Shown in pieces: positions 9,453 to 20,300 of a stretch of DNA of 64,000 nt. Below the pieces are notes generated by a model. The model saw only the letters and a list, made by a program, of their open reading frames with translations, was not told the origin of the DNA and ran no database searches. Source of the DNA: Gammaproteobacteria bacterium (GTDB lineage: Bacteria > Pseudomonadota > Gammaproteobacteria > Acidiferrobacterales > UBA6901). The translations under genes were made by a program, and so were the position numbers. Numbering within the stretch: the first letter of the stretch is position 1; each line of letters starts with the position of its first letter. The stretch lies in the NCBI GenBank assembly GCA_028068195.1, contig JAPTTX010000086.1, positions 5,407 to 69,406 on the forward strand, in the 5' to 3' direction.

Positions 9453-9520
9453 GCCGCCCCACGGTCCGGAAGTCAGTCGGAGCAGGTCCGACCACCGGGG
9501 GCAGGCCGATAGGACAGGGG

Positions 9521-10615
9521 ATGCGTAGCGACTTGCCGCCCCGATATCGTCTGCCCCTGCTTGTCCTTGGTTTCATCGCACTGGGCCTTGGCGTCGAGGC
9601 GGGACTGGCGCGGCTGGGCTGGAACGTTCCCCTCCCCTATCCGGGTCTGACGGCACTCCATGGACCGTTGATGGTGTCCGGCTTCTTTGGCACGCTCATC
9701 AGCCTGGAACGGGCCGTGGCGCTGAGCAAGCGCTGGGCTTATGGTGCGCCGCTGTTCACCGCGCTTGGCGCGATGGCGCTCATCCTTGGCGCCGCAGAGA
9801 CGCCCAGCACGATACTCATAACCCTCGGCAGTCTCGTGATGCTCAGTGCCTCGCTCTCCGTCTATCGCAGACAGCGAGCCTTGTTCACGGCCACGCTTGC
9901 GCTCGGCGCCGCAGCCTGGCTGGTCGGCAATGCCTTATGGGTCGCCGGACTCGGTATGGCGAAGATCGTACCCTGGTGGGCCGCCTACCTAATTCTGACG
10001 ATCGCCGGCGAGCGCCTCGAGCTTTCCCGGTTCCTTCCACCATCGGGCGCTGCCCGCAGGCTGTTCACGGTCATAATCGCCCTCTTCATCGCCAGCCTGC
10101 TGTTGGCCGACATCGCGCCCACCACGGGTCATATTCTGCTTGCTCCGGTCCTGCTTGCGCTAGCGCTGTGGCTCGCACGCTACGACATCGCGCGAAGGAC
10201 GATGCGGGAACACGGGCTGACGCGGTTCATCGCGCTATCGCTGCTCTCGGGGTATGCGTGGCTTGCGATCGCCGCGCTGGTCGGCCTTTTTGACGGGGGT
10301 ATGTTCAGCCGCGCCACCTACGACGCCACGCTGCATGCCGTGTTCCTGGGTTTCGTTTTCGCCATGGTATTCGGACATGCACCGATCATTCTGCCATCCG
10401 TAACGCGTATTTCCTTGCCATATCGGCCCGCATTCTACCTGCATCTTGCCCTGCTTCATCTTTCCCTGATCTGCCGTCTGGCGGGTGACCTCTTGGGACG
10501 ACCGGAATGGCGCAGCATCGGTGGACTGCTGAACGCTGTGACCCTGGCGCTGTTCGTGCTGAACACTCTGGCAGCGGTGGCTACCGGATTGTTGACCAAA
10601 GCCGGCACCCGCTAG
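9521..10615 (+). CDS. polytopic (about 10-11 TM) membrane protein of unknown function with two His-containing repeat motifs
   Basis: Start set at MRSDLPPRYRLPLLVLGF. The internally similar motifs are LHGPLMVSGFFGTLISLERA and LHAVFLGFVFAMVFGHAPIILP. The topology is NnrS-like, but I could not match NnrS signatures. Confidence 0.6.
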   Translation: MRSDLPPRYRLPLLVLGFIALGLGVEAGLARLGWNVPLPYPGLTALHGPLMVSGFFGTLISLERAVALSKRWAYGAPLFTALGAMALILGAAETPSTILITLGSLVMLSASLSVYRRQRALFTATLALGAAAWLVGNALWVAGLGMAKIVPWWAAYLILTIAGERLELSRFLPPSGAARRLFTVIIALFIASLLLADIAPTTGHILLAPVLLALALWLARYDIARRTMREHGLTRFIALSLLSGYAWLAIAALVGLFDGGMFSRATYDATLHAVFLGFVFAMVFGHAPIILPSVTRISLPYRPAFYLHLALLHLSLICRLAGDLLGRPEWRSIGGLLNAVTLALFVLNTLAAVATGLLTKAGTR

Positions 10616-10918
10616 GCAGGCCGGAAACCGACCCCAACGCCAGCTCCGACGAAATCGGCAACATCAATACGAATATACGCACCGATGCGCCCACATCAGG
10701 GGCCCAGCCCCAAGAATACCAAGAGAGACGTCAACGGTCAGTTAACTTACGGAAGAAGATGGAGATGGGGCCTGAAGCCCTCTGGCCTGAACTGCGGTGC
10801 GCGGTGCATTATCCGCCAGCCACGGGAACTGAATTAGGTCCATCGGTGGCCGGTACAGGTGGCCACGCCGTTCGCAATGGGTTGCGAGTTATGGTCTCCA
10901 TTTCGGGCACTGCCTCAC

Positions 10919-11284
10919 TTACAGGCCCTGCTTCAGCCACGTCCAAGCCTGTTGGACGTCCACGGCATCAAAGTACTTCACCGTTGCGGCGGTAAAAGGT
11001 GCGCACAGCTTCGTCATCCATTTTTCCCATTCCGCATCGCCAATCAGCGCAATGCGCTCTATGTCCGAGTAATGTTTGACCCCAAAACTGAAATCATCCC
11101 AGGCCGCGTGCAGGTCCCAGCCGTGAAAATCCTCAAGCTGAACAAACATGCGTACTTTTCCGCCCGCGGCAGTAATGGCGCTGTCGATTGCGGGAACAAA
11201 AATCCGGTAGTCCTCATCATGCAATTTTCCGCTCAGCCTGAAGCCGAGAATTCTCAGGTCGTCGGTACGCAGCCGTTCGATCAT
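10919..11284 (-). CDS. STAS/SpoIIAA-like domain protein (DUF3478-type)
   Basis: 121 aa: RILGFRLSGKLHDEDYRIFVPAID...VRMFVQLEDFHGW...IERIALIGD. Confidence 0.65.
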   Translation of the reverse strand: MIERLRTDDLRILGFRLSGKLHDEDYRIFVPAIDSAITAAGGKVRMFVQLEDFHGWDLHAAWDDFSFGVKHYSDIERIALIGDAEWEKWMTKLCAPFTAATVKYFDAVDVQQAWTWLKQGL

Positions 11285-11423
11285 TGCGTCTCCTCCAGAA
11301 AAGTCCGCAGTCGCCTTTTAGTGTTCCACCAAAAGCTTATCGCAGCAGCATAATACTTTGGACTTGTATTTTGGATCAGAATCTCAGTCCCCGCCATGGT
11401 CGTTTGCGTTTCAGAATGATCCT

Positions 11424-12904
11424 CTAATGACAAAGGCTTGCAGCAAATAAACAATATGACCTCCAATATGACTCCATTGGAAGCCGAGATAGGCCCTGAA
11501 CTGAACTAAAGACGGTGTTACCTGGTGGCGGATCGTTTGCGCGCGCAAGGTAGCCGCCGAGGCGGGCGAGTTGGATCAGCGACGATTGCAGTGACGCGGG
11601 TGGCTGCGTTTGTGGGCCTGCACGGATGGGAGCAAGCCGGTTTAGAAGGCTGATCTCGAACGGCGTAAATGCGATGGCCGGTGCGACATGCCCAACGGAG
11701 CGATTCAGCATCGTCAACCGCAAGATGCGCCAGGCGAGGATGCAGAATATCGCGAGCAGGTTGACCAGCCGCTCGGCGGTGCGCAACTTCGAATCTTCGG
11801 CTTTGCAGCCCGATTTCAGAATCTTGTGGAACGTTTCGATCTTCCAGCGCTGCACGTACCACTTAAGCTTCTCGACCGCCGAGGCACGCGAGGTAATCGG
11901 CAGGTCCGTGATCAGCTTCCACTCGATCCGGTCGCGATGGCGGGGACGACCGCGTTCTGTGGCGTGCAGTACCGTGAGGAAATGCTGCGGGTAGCGACTC
12001 TTCTTGCCGATCGGCGGGAGCACGCGGATGCGGCGGAATTTGAGTTCGAGCGCGGCCTGCGAGATATTGCCGTGCGCGTCGCGAACCTCGACGCGATGGA
12101 GCCCTTTGCAGGGCACCTCCTCCATCTCGGTGGCAATCGTGTGCGTGCCATCGCCGGCGAGCCGGTCCACGCAGGTGCGCAGCAGAAAGTGGGTTCCGGC
12201 GTCCTTGGCGGCGCAAAAGAGTTCGTAGATATCGCTTTCCCGATCCCCGATGTGCACGCATCGATCCGGCGCGCCCAGCAGCGCGGTTGATTGGCTCAGG
12301 TTCTCGAGCCAGCGAATGCTCTCTTTGCATTCGATCGGAACGCGTGTCGGATTGATTCTCTTCTTCAGGGCATTGGCGCCCTTGAACTTGTCTCGGTTCC
12401 AGAACTTGATGGCCGTCAGTCCAAGCGGCAGGCCCTGCGTCGTCACCGCGAGGCTCGAGTGCATGAGGATTCCGCACGCCGTGTACCGCCGCGGAGTCCC
12501 GTCGCGATAGGCACCCGCCATCTTGATTCGGGTCTTGCCCACAGCCTCGATGTCCTCGCGCTTGAACGAAAACTCCGTCGTATCATGCAGCACGAGAATC
12601 GGGCCGTCGGTCGCCGCGGCGGCGAGCGCGTCGCCTCGAAGTGCCCCGCCAGGATCTGCGCTTCGCTGACGCGCTCGTTATCGAGAAACCGATACGCGCC
12701 CTTCGTGTTGGCCCAGTCTTGGCACGCCAGAGGCAGGCTTCCTCCTGGCTTCGCCGCAAGCCGCTCCAGAACGGATCGAAACCTCGACGCGAGGCGTTTG
12801 TCTGCAAAATCGCAATCAGCCAATTCCGCATCGAGCCAGGCGGTGAGCGAATTTGCAGCGGCAAAAGACCCCCGCCGCTGCCGACGACTTTGTTTGTTCG
12901 ACAT
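11424..12904 (-). pseudogene. Tn5-like IS4-family DDE transposase, frameshifted near 12625-12635
   Basis: The N-terminal frame (MSNKQSRRQRR...WLDAELADCDFADKRLASRF...ACQDWANTKGAYRFLDNERV) switches to a second frame (PILVLHDTTEFSF...HIGDRESDIYELF...YVQRWKIETFHKILKSGC). The C-terminus (GNTVFSSVQGLSRL...) also looks perturbed. Confidence 0.8.
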
Positions 12905-12990
12905 GCGGCACCGTGTGGAAGTCGCACACGGGCCATCAGACTCCCACATCGTAGAAATGACTTCAAGGAATATTTCTAAGCAGCGGAAAC
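11424..12990 (-). mobile_element. IS4-family (Tn5/IS50-like) insertion sequence, decayed; ends approximate
   Basis: Carries the frameshifted transposase listed below, flanked by low-GC sequence. Terminal inverted repeats could not be defined with confidence. Confidence 0.6.
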
Positions 12991-13117
12991 TAGATTATTT
13001 GTGGGTAATTGAAAGGTTATTTGAGCGGATACGGAGAGACAACCAGCCGCTTGGCGACCAATACGCGCACCCGTCACGTCATCGGATCCAGACCTGGCGA
13101 TCCGCGGCGTTATCGCA

Positions 13118-14236
13118 CTATGGCAGAAAGGTCCGGAAGTTTACGATGTTTCTGATGACGGCAATCAACGTGGGAAAGAGTGCCTGCCTCAGCCATGCAA
13201 GAAATGTGATACCCCAGGCAAGCAGCGCCACGTACAGGAACGATCGCGAAATACCGTGCAGAAACGGGAAATGCATGACGTCGGCAAGTTCCCGGGTGCA
13301 GACCGAATACATACCGAGCGGGAATACCATCCCCCAATAGAGAGGATCATATTCGAACGGGAACCTCTTGATCAGATAGCGCCATACCCCCAATATCACA
13401 AGCAGCGGAATCCACCACGATCCCGTCGCCCAGAACAGCAAGGTCATCCCTTGCAAATACGGGAGGAGCCCTCGTAACACCGGATTTGTCGATGCGCCCC
13501 GAATCAACAGATCTCCCGAAAGGGTCGATATCGCCATGGCGCCCATGTTGATCCAGTAGGGCGGAGAAAGATCGTTCGCCGTGAATTTCAGGAATGTGTA
13601 GCGATAGAAGATCAGCGAAATAATCCAGATATACAGCATTCCGCCGAAAAGCCAGCTGACCAGCGCCAGAAACATCATGTAATCCTGTTGCGCCGCAACG
13701 AGACCCGCCACCCGCGAGCTCAGGAGGGACACCGATTGCGTGGCGACGATCGCCACGAGCCAGCCGCCGCTGATGCCTTCTTCCAGGCGGGGCTTTGACT
13801 GCTTGACTGAGAGCGCCGCAAAAACGGAATAGATCACGACCAGCCAGAGGAGGACGGTCAGCATCCAAAGCCCCAGCGCAACCGACGGTATTGGCACAAC
13901 CAGCACAAACTGGGCGCCGAGAACCCCGGTTCCGGCAACCCACGTGAAAAATCCTGGCCCGCGCGCGTGGTCGGATATATCGGAAAGAAAAGAACGCGGA
14001 TATAGCGCCGCTCGCAGTACCATCACCACCCATAACCCACCGTAGCATACAACATTGACGCCAAACAAGATGATGGCCACGGCATTGAGACCGTGTATTT
14101 TTCCCGCGATGGATACGATTCCGGTCGCCATCACCAGGGCGAAGTACGCCGGGTTCAGTCGCTCAATGACGGTTGCGGGGGAAAATTGCGTCCTCGGCGA
14201 ATGCTGCACGGCCGGACTCCGTTCAGGAAGAGGCAT
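13118..14236 (-). CDS. TehA/Mae1/SLAC1 (TDT) family anion channel/transporter
   Basis: 372 aa, about 10 TM. The N-terminal LNPAYFALVMATGIVSIAG is typical of the tellurite-resistance/dicarboxylate transporter family. Confidence 0.8.
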   Translation of the reverse strand: MPLPERSPAVQHSPRTQFSPATVIERLNPAYFALVMATGIVSIAGKIHGLNAVAIILFGVNVVCYGGLWVVMVLRAALYPRSFLSDISDHARGPGFFTWVAGTGVLGAQFVLVVPIPSVALGLWMLTVLLWLVVIYSVFAALSVKQSKPRLEEGISGGWLVAIVATQSVSLLSSRVAGLVAAQQDYMMFLALVSWLFGGMLYIWIISLIFYRYTFLKFTANDLSPPYWINMGAMAISTLSGDLLIRGASTNPVLRGLLPYLQGMTLLFWATGSWWIPLLVILGVWRYLIKRFPFEYDPLYWGMVFPLGMYSVCTRELADVMHFPFLHGISRSFLYVALLAWGITFLAWLRQALFPTLIAVIRNIVNFRTFLP

Positions 14237-14498
14237 GGTTCAATTGGATGGGCTCGCCCGCTTCCGGGGGCCAGGCCCGCATACAGGTTCCGCATCTGCG
14301 GGCCGCGACGCAACAGCATCGGAAGGCCATCACGGCGGACTCCCCGGTTCGACCGGAACCCAAGCCCGCATTGGATCCCTTCAGGTTGGCAAGATAAACA
14401 TCCAAGATTTTCATTTGCTCTGTATCACCGGGAAAAGACCGAGTCCGGGGCCAACGACAATCGGATCGCGCAACACAATCCGCGCTGCCCAGTTGTCA

Positions 14499-15194
14499 TC
14501 AAATGCCGCTGACATTTTTCCGGCGTACGATCTGGTAGGCCCGGAAAAGATAGCCAAACGGCACGCTCCAGATGTGGACGAGACGGGTAAATGGAAACAG
14601 CAGAAAAACCGTCATCCCGAAAAACAGGTGTACCTTGAAGATAGGGTCCACACCTGTAAGTAGCGCCGGATCCGGCTGAAAGGTCGCGATGCTGCGAACC
14701 CACTCAGCCAGCGCCAGCATGACCGATGGATCATTGGCGCGGGCATGTTCTATGGATACGGGTATGGTGGACAACCCCAACGAGAGCGTCACCAGTAGCC
14801 AAGTCAGGATGAATAGATCCATTGTCCGGCCAGCACTGCGCACTCGCTGGTTCAAGACACGCCTCAGCCACAGCATCACCCCGCCAATGAGACATAGGGT
14901 CCCGAAGGTTGCCCCTGCCGCGATTGCCACGTATTGATGAACCAGATCGTTTACGCCCAGCGCATGAAAAATCACGTGCGGGGTCAGCAACCCGACAAAA
15001 TGGCCAAGGAACAACGCCAGAATCCCAATATGGAAAAGGTTGCTACCAACCCGCAGCCCGCTATCCGCAAGCAGCTGACTGGAGTAGCTCTTCCAGCTAT
15101 ATGGGTCACGGTCGAAACGCAATACACTCCCGACAAGGAAAACTGAACCCGCGATGTAGGGGTACACACCGAACACGAAGAGCTGGAGATTCAT
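14499..15194 (-). CDS. narI: respiratory nitrate reductase gamma subunit (dihaem cytochrome b)
   Basis: MNLQLFVFGVYPYIAGSVFLVGSVLRFDRDPYSWKSYSSQLL...FHIGIL..FLGH. Collinear with E. coli NarI. Confidence 0.95.
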   Translation of the reverse strand: MNLQLFVFGVYPYIAGSVFLVGSVLRFDRDPYSWKSYSSQLLADSGLRVGSNLFHIGILALFLGHFVGLLTPHVIFHALGVNDLVHQYVAIAAGATFGTLCLIGGVMLWLRRVLNQRVRSAGRTMDLFILTWLLVTLSLGLSTIPVSIEHARANDPSVMLALAEWVRSIATFQPDPALLTGVDPIFKVHLFFGMTVFLLFPFTRLVHIWSVPFGYLFRAYQIVRRKNVSGI

Positions 15195-15209
15195 GGTTGG
15201 CTTCCTCGT

Positions 15210-15746
15210 CTAACCAAGGTTCCCGACACGCGTCGCGGCACGCCCTAAGCTTGCGTGCCGCACGATCATCCTTATAACGGGCGCGTAGAGGTTCGCCGAA
15301 CGCTCCAGGTTCGCCGCGAGCGTCGACAGCATTTCTGCCGCTTCACCCAGAAATACCCGTGCGGCCATAGAATCAAGCGTCGACACGTATTCAAGAATAA
15401 GCGGCAGATAATCAGGCAATTCTCCTGGTACGGGCTCTAGACCGTCATTTTTGAAATACTGTGACAGATCCGCCAAAGCCGGCCCGCGCGCGCGATCATC
15501 ACCGAGGGAATGATGAGTAAGATGGAGGCTGTGCTCTGGAACGACATCGAATGTCTGGACATAGTGTCCCTGCAGCGAAATCAGGTTCTGCGCGCGCATC
15601 CACGCTGTAAGCTGAAGGATGTCCTCGCGTTCTCTGGGAGAAAGATCATTTTCCTCCTCAAGCAGCCCATCAATCAGATTCAAGGAACTCACAAGCTCTT
15701 CGTCTGGATAATCAATGAGCCGTGACAATATCGTGTAGATCCGCAT
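15210..15746 (-). CDS. narJ: nitrate reductase molybdenum cofactor assembly chaperone
   Basis: MRIYTILSRLIDYPDEEL matches the NarJ N-terminus. An alternative GTG start at 15755 overlaps the narH stop. Confidence 0.9.
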   Translation of the reverse strand: MRIYTILSRLIDYPDEELVSSLNLIDGLLEEENDLSPREREDILQLTAWMRAQNLISLQGHYVQTFDVVPEHSLHLTHHSLGDDRARGPALADLSQYFKNDGLEPVPGELPDYLPLILEYVSTLDSMAARVFLGEAAEMLSTLAANLERSANLYAPVIRMIVRHASLGRAATRVGNLG

Positions 15747-15751
15747 CGATC

Positions 15752-17296
15752 TCACCCCTTGGTGGCTTGCGGCCGGCGGACGTACACCATGGGATGCGGT
15801 TCGAGTTCCTCCGGGGCGCGGAAGGGGGATCGCCGGGCACCGGGTTCTTTGTCGAAATCGATTCCATTGCTCCCCTGGAATGAGTAGATGTCTGTACGGC
15901 GGACTTCTTCGTGACCGGTGGGGATCACGAAACGGTCTTCGTAATTTGCGATGGCGAGATAGCGGTACATCTCCTGCGCCTGAACCTCGCTCAGTCCCGC
16001 CGCGTCAAGGGCACGATGATCGGTCTTACCCTCGACGTGCCGGGAACGCTGGTAGCTGCGCATCGCAATGAGTCGCCTGAGGGCGCTCACGATCGGCTCC
16101 TCCGAACCAGCCGTCAGAAGGTTCGCGAGATAGCGTACCGGAAGCCGGAGCGCCTCCGCTCGCGGAATGACGCCATCCGCCTCGGTCGGGAGCCGCCCTT
16201 GATCAAGCTGCGACTGCACCGGAGAGAGCGGGGGCACGTACCAGACCATCGGGAGAGTACGGAACTCCGGGTGGATGGGAAAAGCGATCTGCCAGTCGAT
16301 GGCCATCTTGTAAACGGGAGACTTTCCGGCAGCGGCGATCCAGGATTCGGGAATGCCATCGGAGCGCGCCTGTTCGATGACCTCCGGACTCGATGGATCG
16401 AGAAACAACGACAAGTGCGCTTGGTAGAGGTCACGCTCTGAGTCCTGCGCGGCAACTTCGAGGATCCGGTCCGCGTCGTACAGAATCACGCCCATGTAAC
16501 GGATGCGGCCCACACAGGCCTCCGCACACAGGGTCGGCATCCCTGACTCGATACGCGGATAGCACATGATGCACTTCTCGGCCTTCCCGGACTGCCAGTT
16601 GTAGTAGACCTTTTTGTACGGACAGGCGCTCACGCACATCCGCCAGCCGCGGCACTTGTTCTGGTCTACGAGGACGATGCCGTCTTCTTCGCGCTTATAA
16701 ATCGACCCAGACGGACACGCCGCGATACACGCCGGGTTGAGGCAGTGGTTGCACAGCCGCGGCAGGTACATGTGAAAGGTGTTCTCAAACTCCGCGTACA
16801 TCTGCTTCTGGATGTCATCGAAATTACGATCCTGCGCACGCTGGGAGAATTCCCCGGCCAAATCGTCTTCCCAGTTTGGGCCCCAGGTGATTTTCTCGAT
16901 GCGGCTGCCGTCAATCTGAGAACGGGGTCTGGCCGTCGGCGCGGCCTCCGACAAAGGCGCATTCTGCAAGTGCGCGTAATCGAAGGTAAACGGCTCCGAA
17001 TAATCATCAATCTGCGGCAGGTCCGGATTGGCAAATATTTTCATCAACCGCTTGGTTCGACCGCCGGAGCGCAGCTGCAGGCGTCCATCACGTTTCTCCC
17101 AGCCCCCGTTCCAGAGATTTTGATTCTCCCATTGCTTCGGATAACCGACACCTGGCTTGCTCTCGACGTTGTTGAACCATGCGTATTCCATGCCTTTGCG
17201 GTTTGTCCAGACGTTCTTACAGACCACTGAGCAGGTGTGGCAGCCGATGCATTTGTCCAGATTCAGGACCATGGCTATCTGTGCACGAATCTTCAT
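15752..17296 (-). CDS. narH: respiratory nitrate reductase beta subunit (Fe-S)
   Basis: MKIRAQIAMVLNLDKCIGCHTCSVVCKNVWTNR is near-identical in pattern to the E. coli NarH N-terminus. Several Cys clusters are present. Confidence 0.95.
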   Translation of the reverse strand: MKIRAQIAMVLNLDKCIGCHTCSVVCKNVWTNRKGMEYAWFNNVESKPGVGYPKQWENQNLWNGGWEKRDGRLQLRSGGRTKRLMKIFANPDLPQIDDYSEPFTFDYAHLQNAPLSEAAPTARPRSQIDGSRIEKITWGPNWEDDLAGEFSQRAQDRNFDDIQKQMYAEFENTFHMYLPRLCNHCLNPACIAACPSGSIYKREEDGIVLVDQNKCRGWRMCVSACPYKKVYYNWQSGKAEKCIMCYPRIESGMPTLCAEACVGRIRYMGVILYDADRILEVAAQDSERDLYQAHLSLFLDPSSPEVIEQARSDGIPESWIAAAGKSPVYKMAIDWQIAFPIHPEFRTLPMVWYVPPLSPVQSQLDQGRLPTEADGVIPRAEALRLPVRYLANLLTAGSEEPIVSALRRLIAMRSYQRSRHVEGKTDHRALDAAGLSEVQAQEMYRYLAIANYEDRFVIPTGHEEVRRTDIYSFQGSNGIDFDKEPGARRSPFRAPEELEPHPMVYVRRPQATKG

Positions 17297-17360
17297 CATC
17301 CGGCTCCCGTACCAGATCTTTGTCGTCTTGACCCGCAATTCCGTCCGCCTAACGTGCCCA

Positions 17361-20300
17361 TCACCCTACTCCCGGCGGATTTGGCATACTCTCGCGCTCG
17401 GGGGTCAACCCGCGCTCCAGCCAGTCCACGTCCCGGTCTTCGATTTTGTGCAGCACAATGTACTCATCACGCTGCGAACCCACAGTGCCGTAGTAGTTGA
17501 AGCCGTAACTCAGCTGGGCATAACCGCCGATCATGTGTGTCGGCTTGACCACCACACGCGTGACGCTGTTGAGAATGCCACCGCGCTTACCCGTTGTGGG
17601 AGATCCCGGAACGTTTATCGTTTTCTCCTGAGCGTGATACATAAGCGCCATGCCGCGTGGTATGCGTTGACTCACGACCGCCCGCGCCACAGTCGCTCCG
17701 TTTGCGTTGACTGCCTCAACCCAGTCGTTGTCCATCAGGCCGATGCTGCGCGCATCCTCTTCGGACACCCATACGGTCGGCCCCCCACGGAACAGGCTCA
17801 ACATCCTCAGATTGTCGTTGTAAGTCGAATGAATCCCCCACTTGCTGTGCGGCGTGATCCAGTTGAGCACGAGGTGCGGCTTGCCTTTCAGACGTGCCGG
17901 AATGTCATCGGTTGTCCGCATGTCAAGCGGCGGCCGGTAGGCGCAGAACCCCTCGCCGAAATCCCGCATCCATTCATGATCCTGGTAGAACTGCGCACGA
18001 CCAGTTAGGGTGCGAAAGGGAATGTGTTCATGAATATTGGTGTATCCGGCGTTGTAGCTTACGTGCTCGGATTCTATGCCGCTCCAGGTGGGTGCTGTGA
18101 TGATTTTGCGCGGCTGGGCCTGTATATCACGGAAACGAATCTTGTCATCGCGACGGGTATCGCACAGATGCAGATGATTGATTCCGGTCTTCTGTCCCAG
18201 CGCGTCCCACGCCTTGTGGGCCACCTCGCCGTTTGTCTCGGGCGCCAGCATTAGCACCGCTTCGCACACACCAATGTCATCTTCGAGCGAGGGCATTCCC
18301 TTGGAAACGCCATCCTCTGCAATCGTGAAATTAATCTTGCCAAGTTCGTGGTATTCTTCTTCCGTGTTCCACTCGAGCCCCTTCACTCCGTTCCCCATCT
18401 TGGCCAGTAACGGCCCGAGAGCGGTGAATTTGCGGTAGGTGTCTGCAAAATCCCGCTGCACTACCCTCAGGATGGGAAACGTCTTCCCCGGAACAGGCTC
18501 ACATTCACCAAGTTTCCAGTCTGCCACGCCCAGAGGCTGTGCGAGTTCGGCGGGCGAGTCGTGCATCATCGGGATGGCCACCAGATCCTTGCGCGTACCC
18601 AGATGATTTGCCGCGAGTTTTGAAAAACTTTTGGCAATTGACTTGAAGATCTGCCAGTCGGTGCGACTCTCCCATCCCGGATTCACCGCTTCCGACAGAG
18701 GATGGATGAACGGATGCATATCCGTGGTATTGAGATCGTTCTTCTCGTACCAGGTCGCCGTCGGAAGAACGATGTCCGAATAGGCGCCGGTGGAATTGAG
18801 GCGGAAGTTGATGTCGACCATGAGATCGAGTTTCGCCACGGGCGCCTCGTCTCGCCAGCGGATCTCGCGGGACGCCGCACCCTCTTGACCCTCCGTGAGC
18901 ACCCCGTTCTGCGCGCCCAACAGATGCTTGAGAAAGTACTCGTGCCCTTTGGCGCTTGACCCCAGCAGGTTGGCCCGCCAGACAAAAAGGTTACGCGGAA
19001 AATTGACCGGACTATCGATGTCTTCCGCTGCAAACGCCAGCGTCCCGCTCTTCAGCCGGCCTATGACATTAGCGATGATGGCTTGCTCGTCCTTGGCACC
19101 TGCGTGCTCGGCGTCGGTCACTACGTCGAGCGGGTTGGCGTCAAAATGGGGCGCGGCCGGCAGCCAGCCGAGCCGTTGGGCAACAACGTTGTAGTCAACG
19201 AACTGGTATCCCTGATACTTTGTGCCAGCGCCAGGTACACGCAGGGTATCGGCATCGACCCGCTCGTAGCGCCACTGGTCCGTGTGCAGATAGAAAAAGC
19301 TCGTGCCGTTCATCTGCCGCGAGGGACGGTGCCAGTCAAGCGCGAATGCAATTGGCGCCCATCCCGCCTGCGGCCGCAACTTTTCCTGACCAACGTAGTG
19401 ACACCAACCACCGCCTGACTGGCCCACGCACCCGCACATGTGCAGCAGGTTTATAATGGCGCGATAATTCATGTCATTGTGAAACCAGTGGTTTACGGCA
19501 GCCCCAAGAATCACCATCGATTTGCCGCTGGTCTTGGCCGCGTTATCGGCAAATTCCCGCGCGGTGCGGATTACATCAGCGCGCTTTACCCCGGTTATTT
19601 TCTCCTGCCATGCCGGCGTATAGGCCGCATCGTCATCGTAAGACGAGGCGACGTTGGATCCGCCAAGACCTCGATCCACACCGTATTGCGCCACCTGCAG
19701 ATCGAAGACGGTGGCCACATGCACAGGCGTGCCATTGATGTTGATTCGCCGCACCGGGACGTTGCGGGCAAGCTCGCAATTCTCACCTTGTGCGAAGTGA
19801 GGGAAAATTACGGAAATGATCTCATCGCATGACCCGATGGAGGTCAGCTCGGCATCGATTTCGGCCTCGGCGCCGATACCGGCACGTTCGAGAAGATTCC
19901 ATCGGCCTTTGGATTGCTCGTCGGTACCCCAACGAAATCCGATGGACCCGTTTGGCGCCACGAATGCACCGCTGCGCCTGTCGAATACGACGCTCTTCCA
20001 TTCCGGGTTCGTCTGCTCTCCCAGGTTTCCGTCAAAGTCGGAGGCACGCAGAAAGCGGTCCGCAACAAATGTCCGCACTCCTTCTGTTTCGCCAGGCCAT
20101 TCACGAAGCATCACCATCATCGGCAGGTCGGTATACTGGCGAGCATATTCAATGAAATAGGGTTCTTTCCGGCCGATAAAGAACTCTTTCAGGACCACGT
20201 GGCCCATGGCGAGAAAGACCGCAGCGTCCGTACCCTGGCGCACTGGCATCCACAGGTCCGCGAATTTGACGTATTCGGCATAGTCCGGAGCCATGGAAAC

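Noticed and set aside
12291-13340. 349-aa plus-strand ORF across the IS4 remnant and the TDT gene end
   Set aside because: It is antisense to the transposase fragments and the transporter, with no motif support.
14223-14414. 63-aa Cys-rich minus-strand ORF (..RCCCVAARRCGTC..) between narI and the TDT gene
   Set aside because: It has a weak RBS, its first codons are AT-ending and atypical for the genome, and it has no homology I recognise. It is probably intergenic noise, though a leader peptide cannot be excluded.
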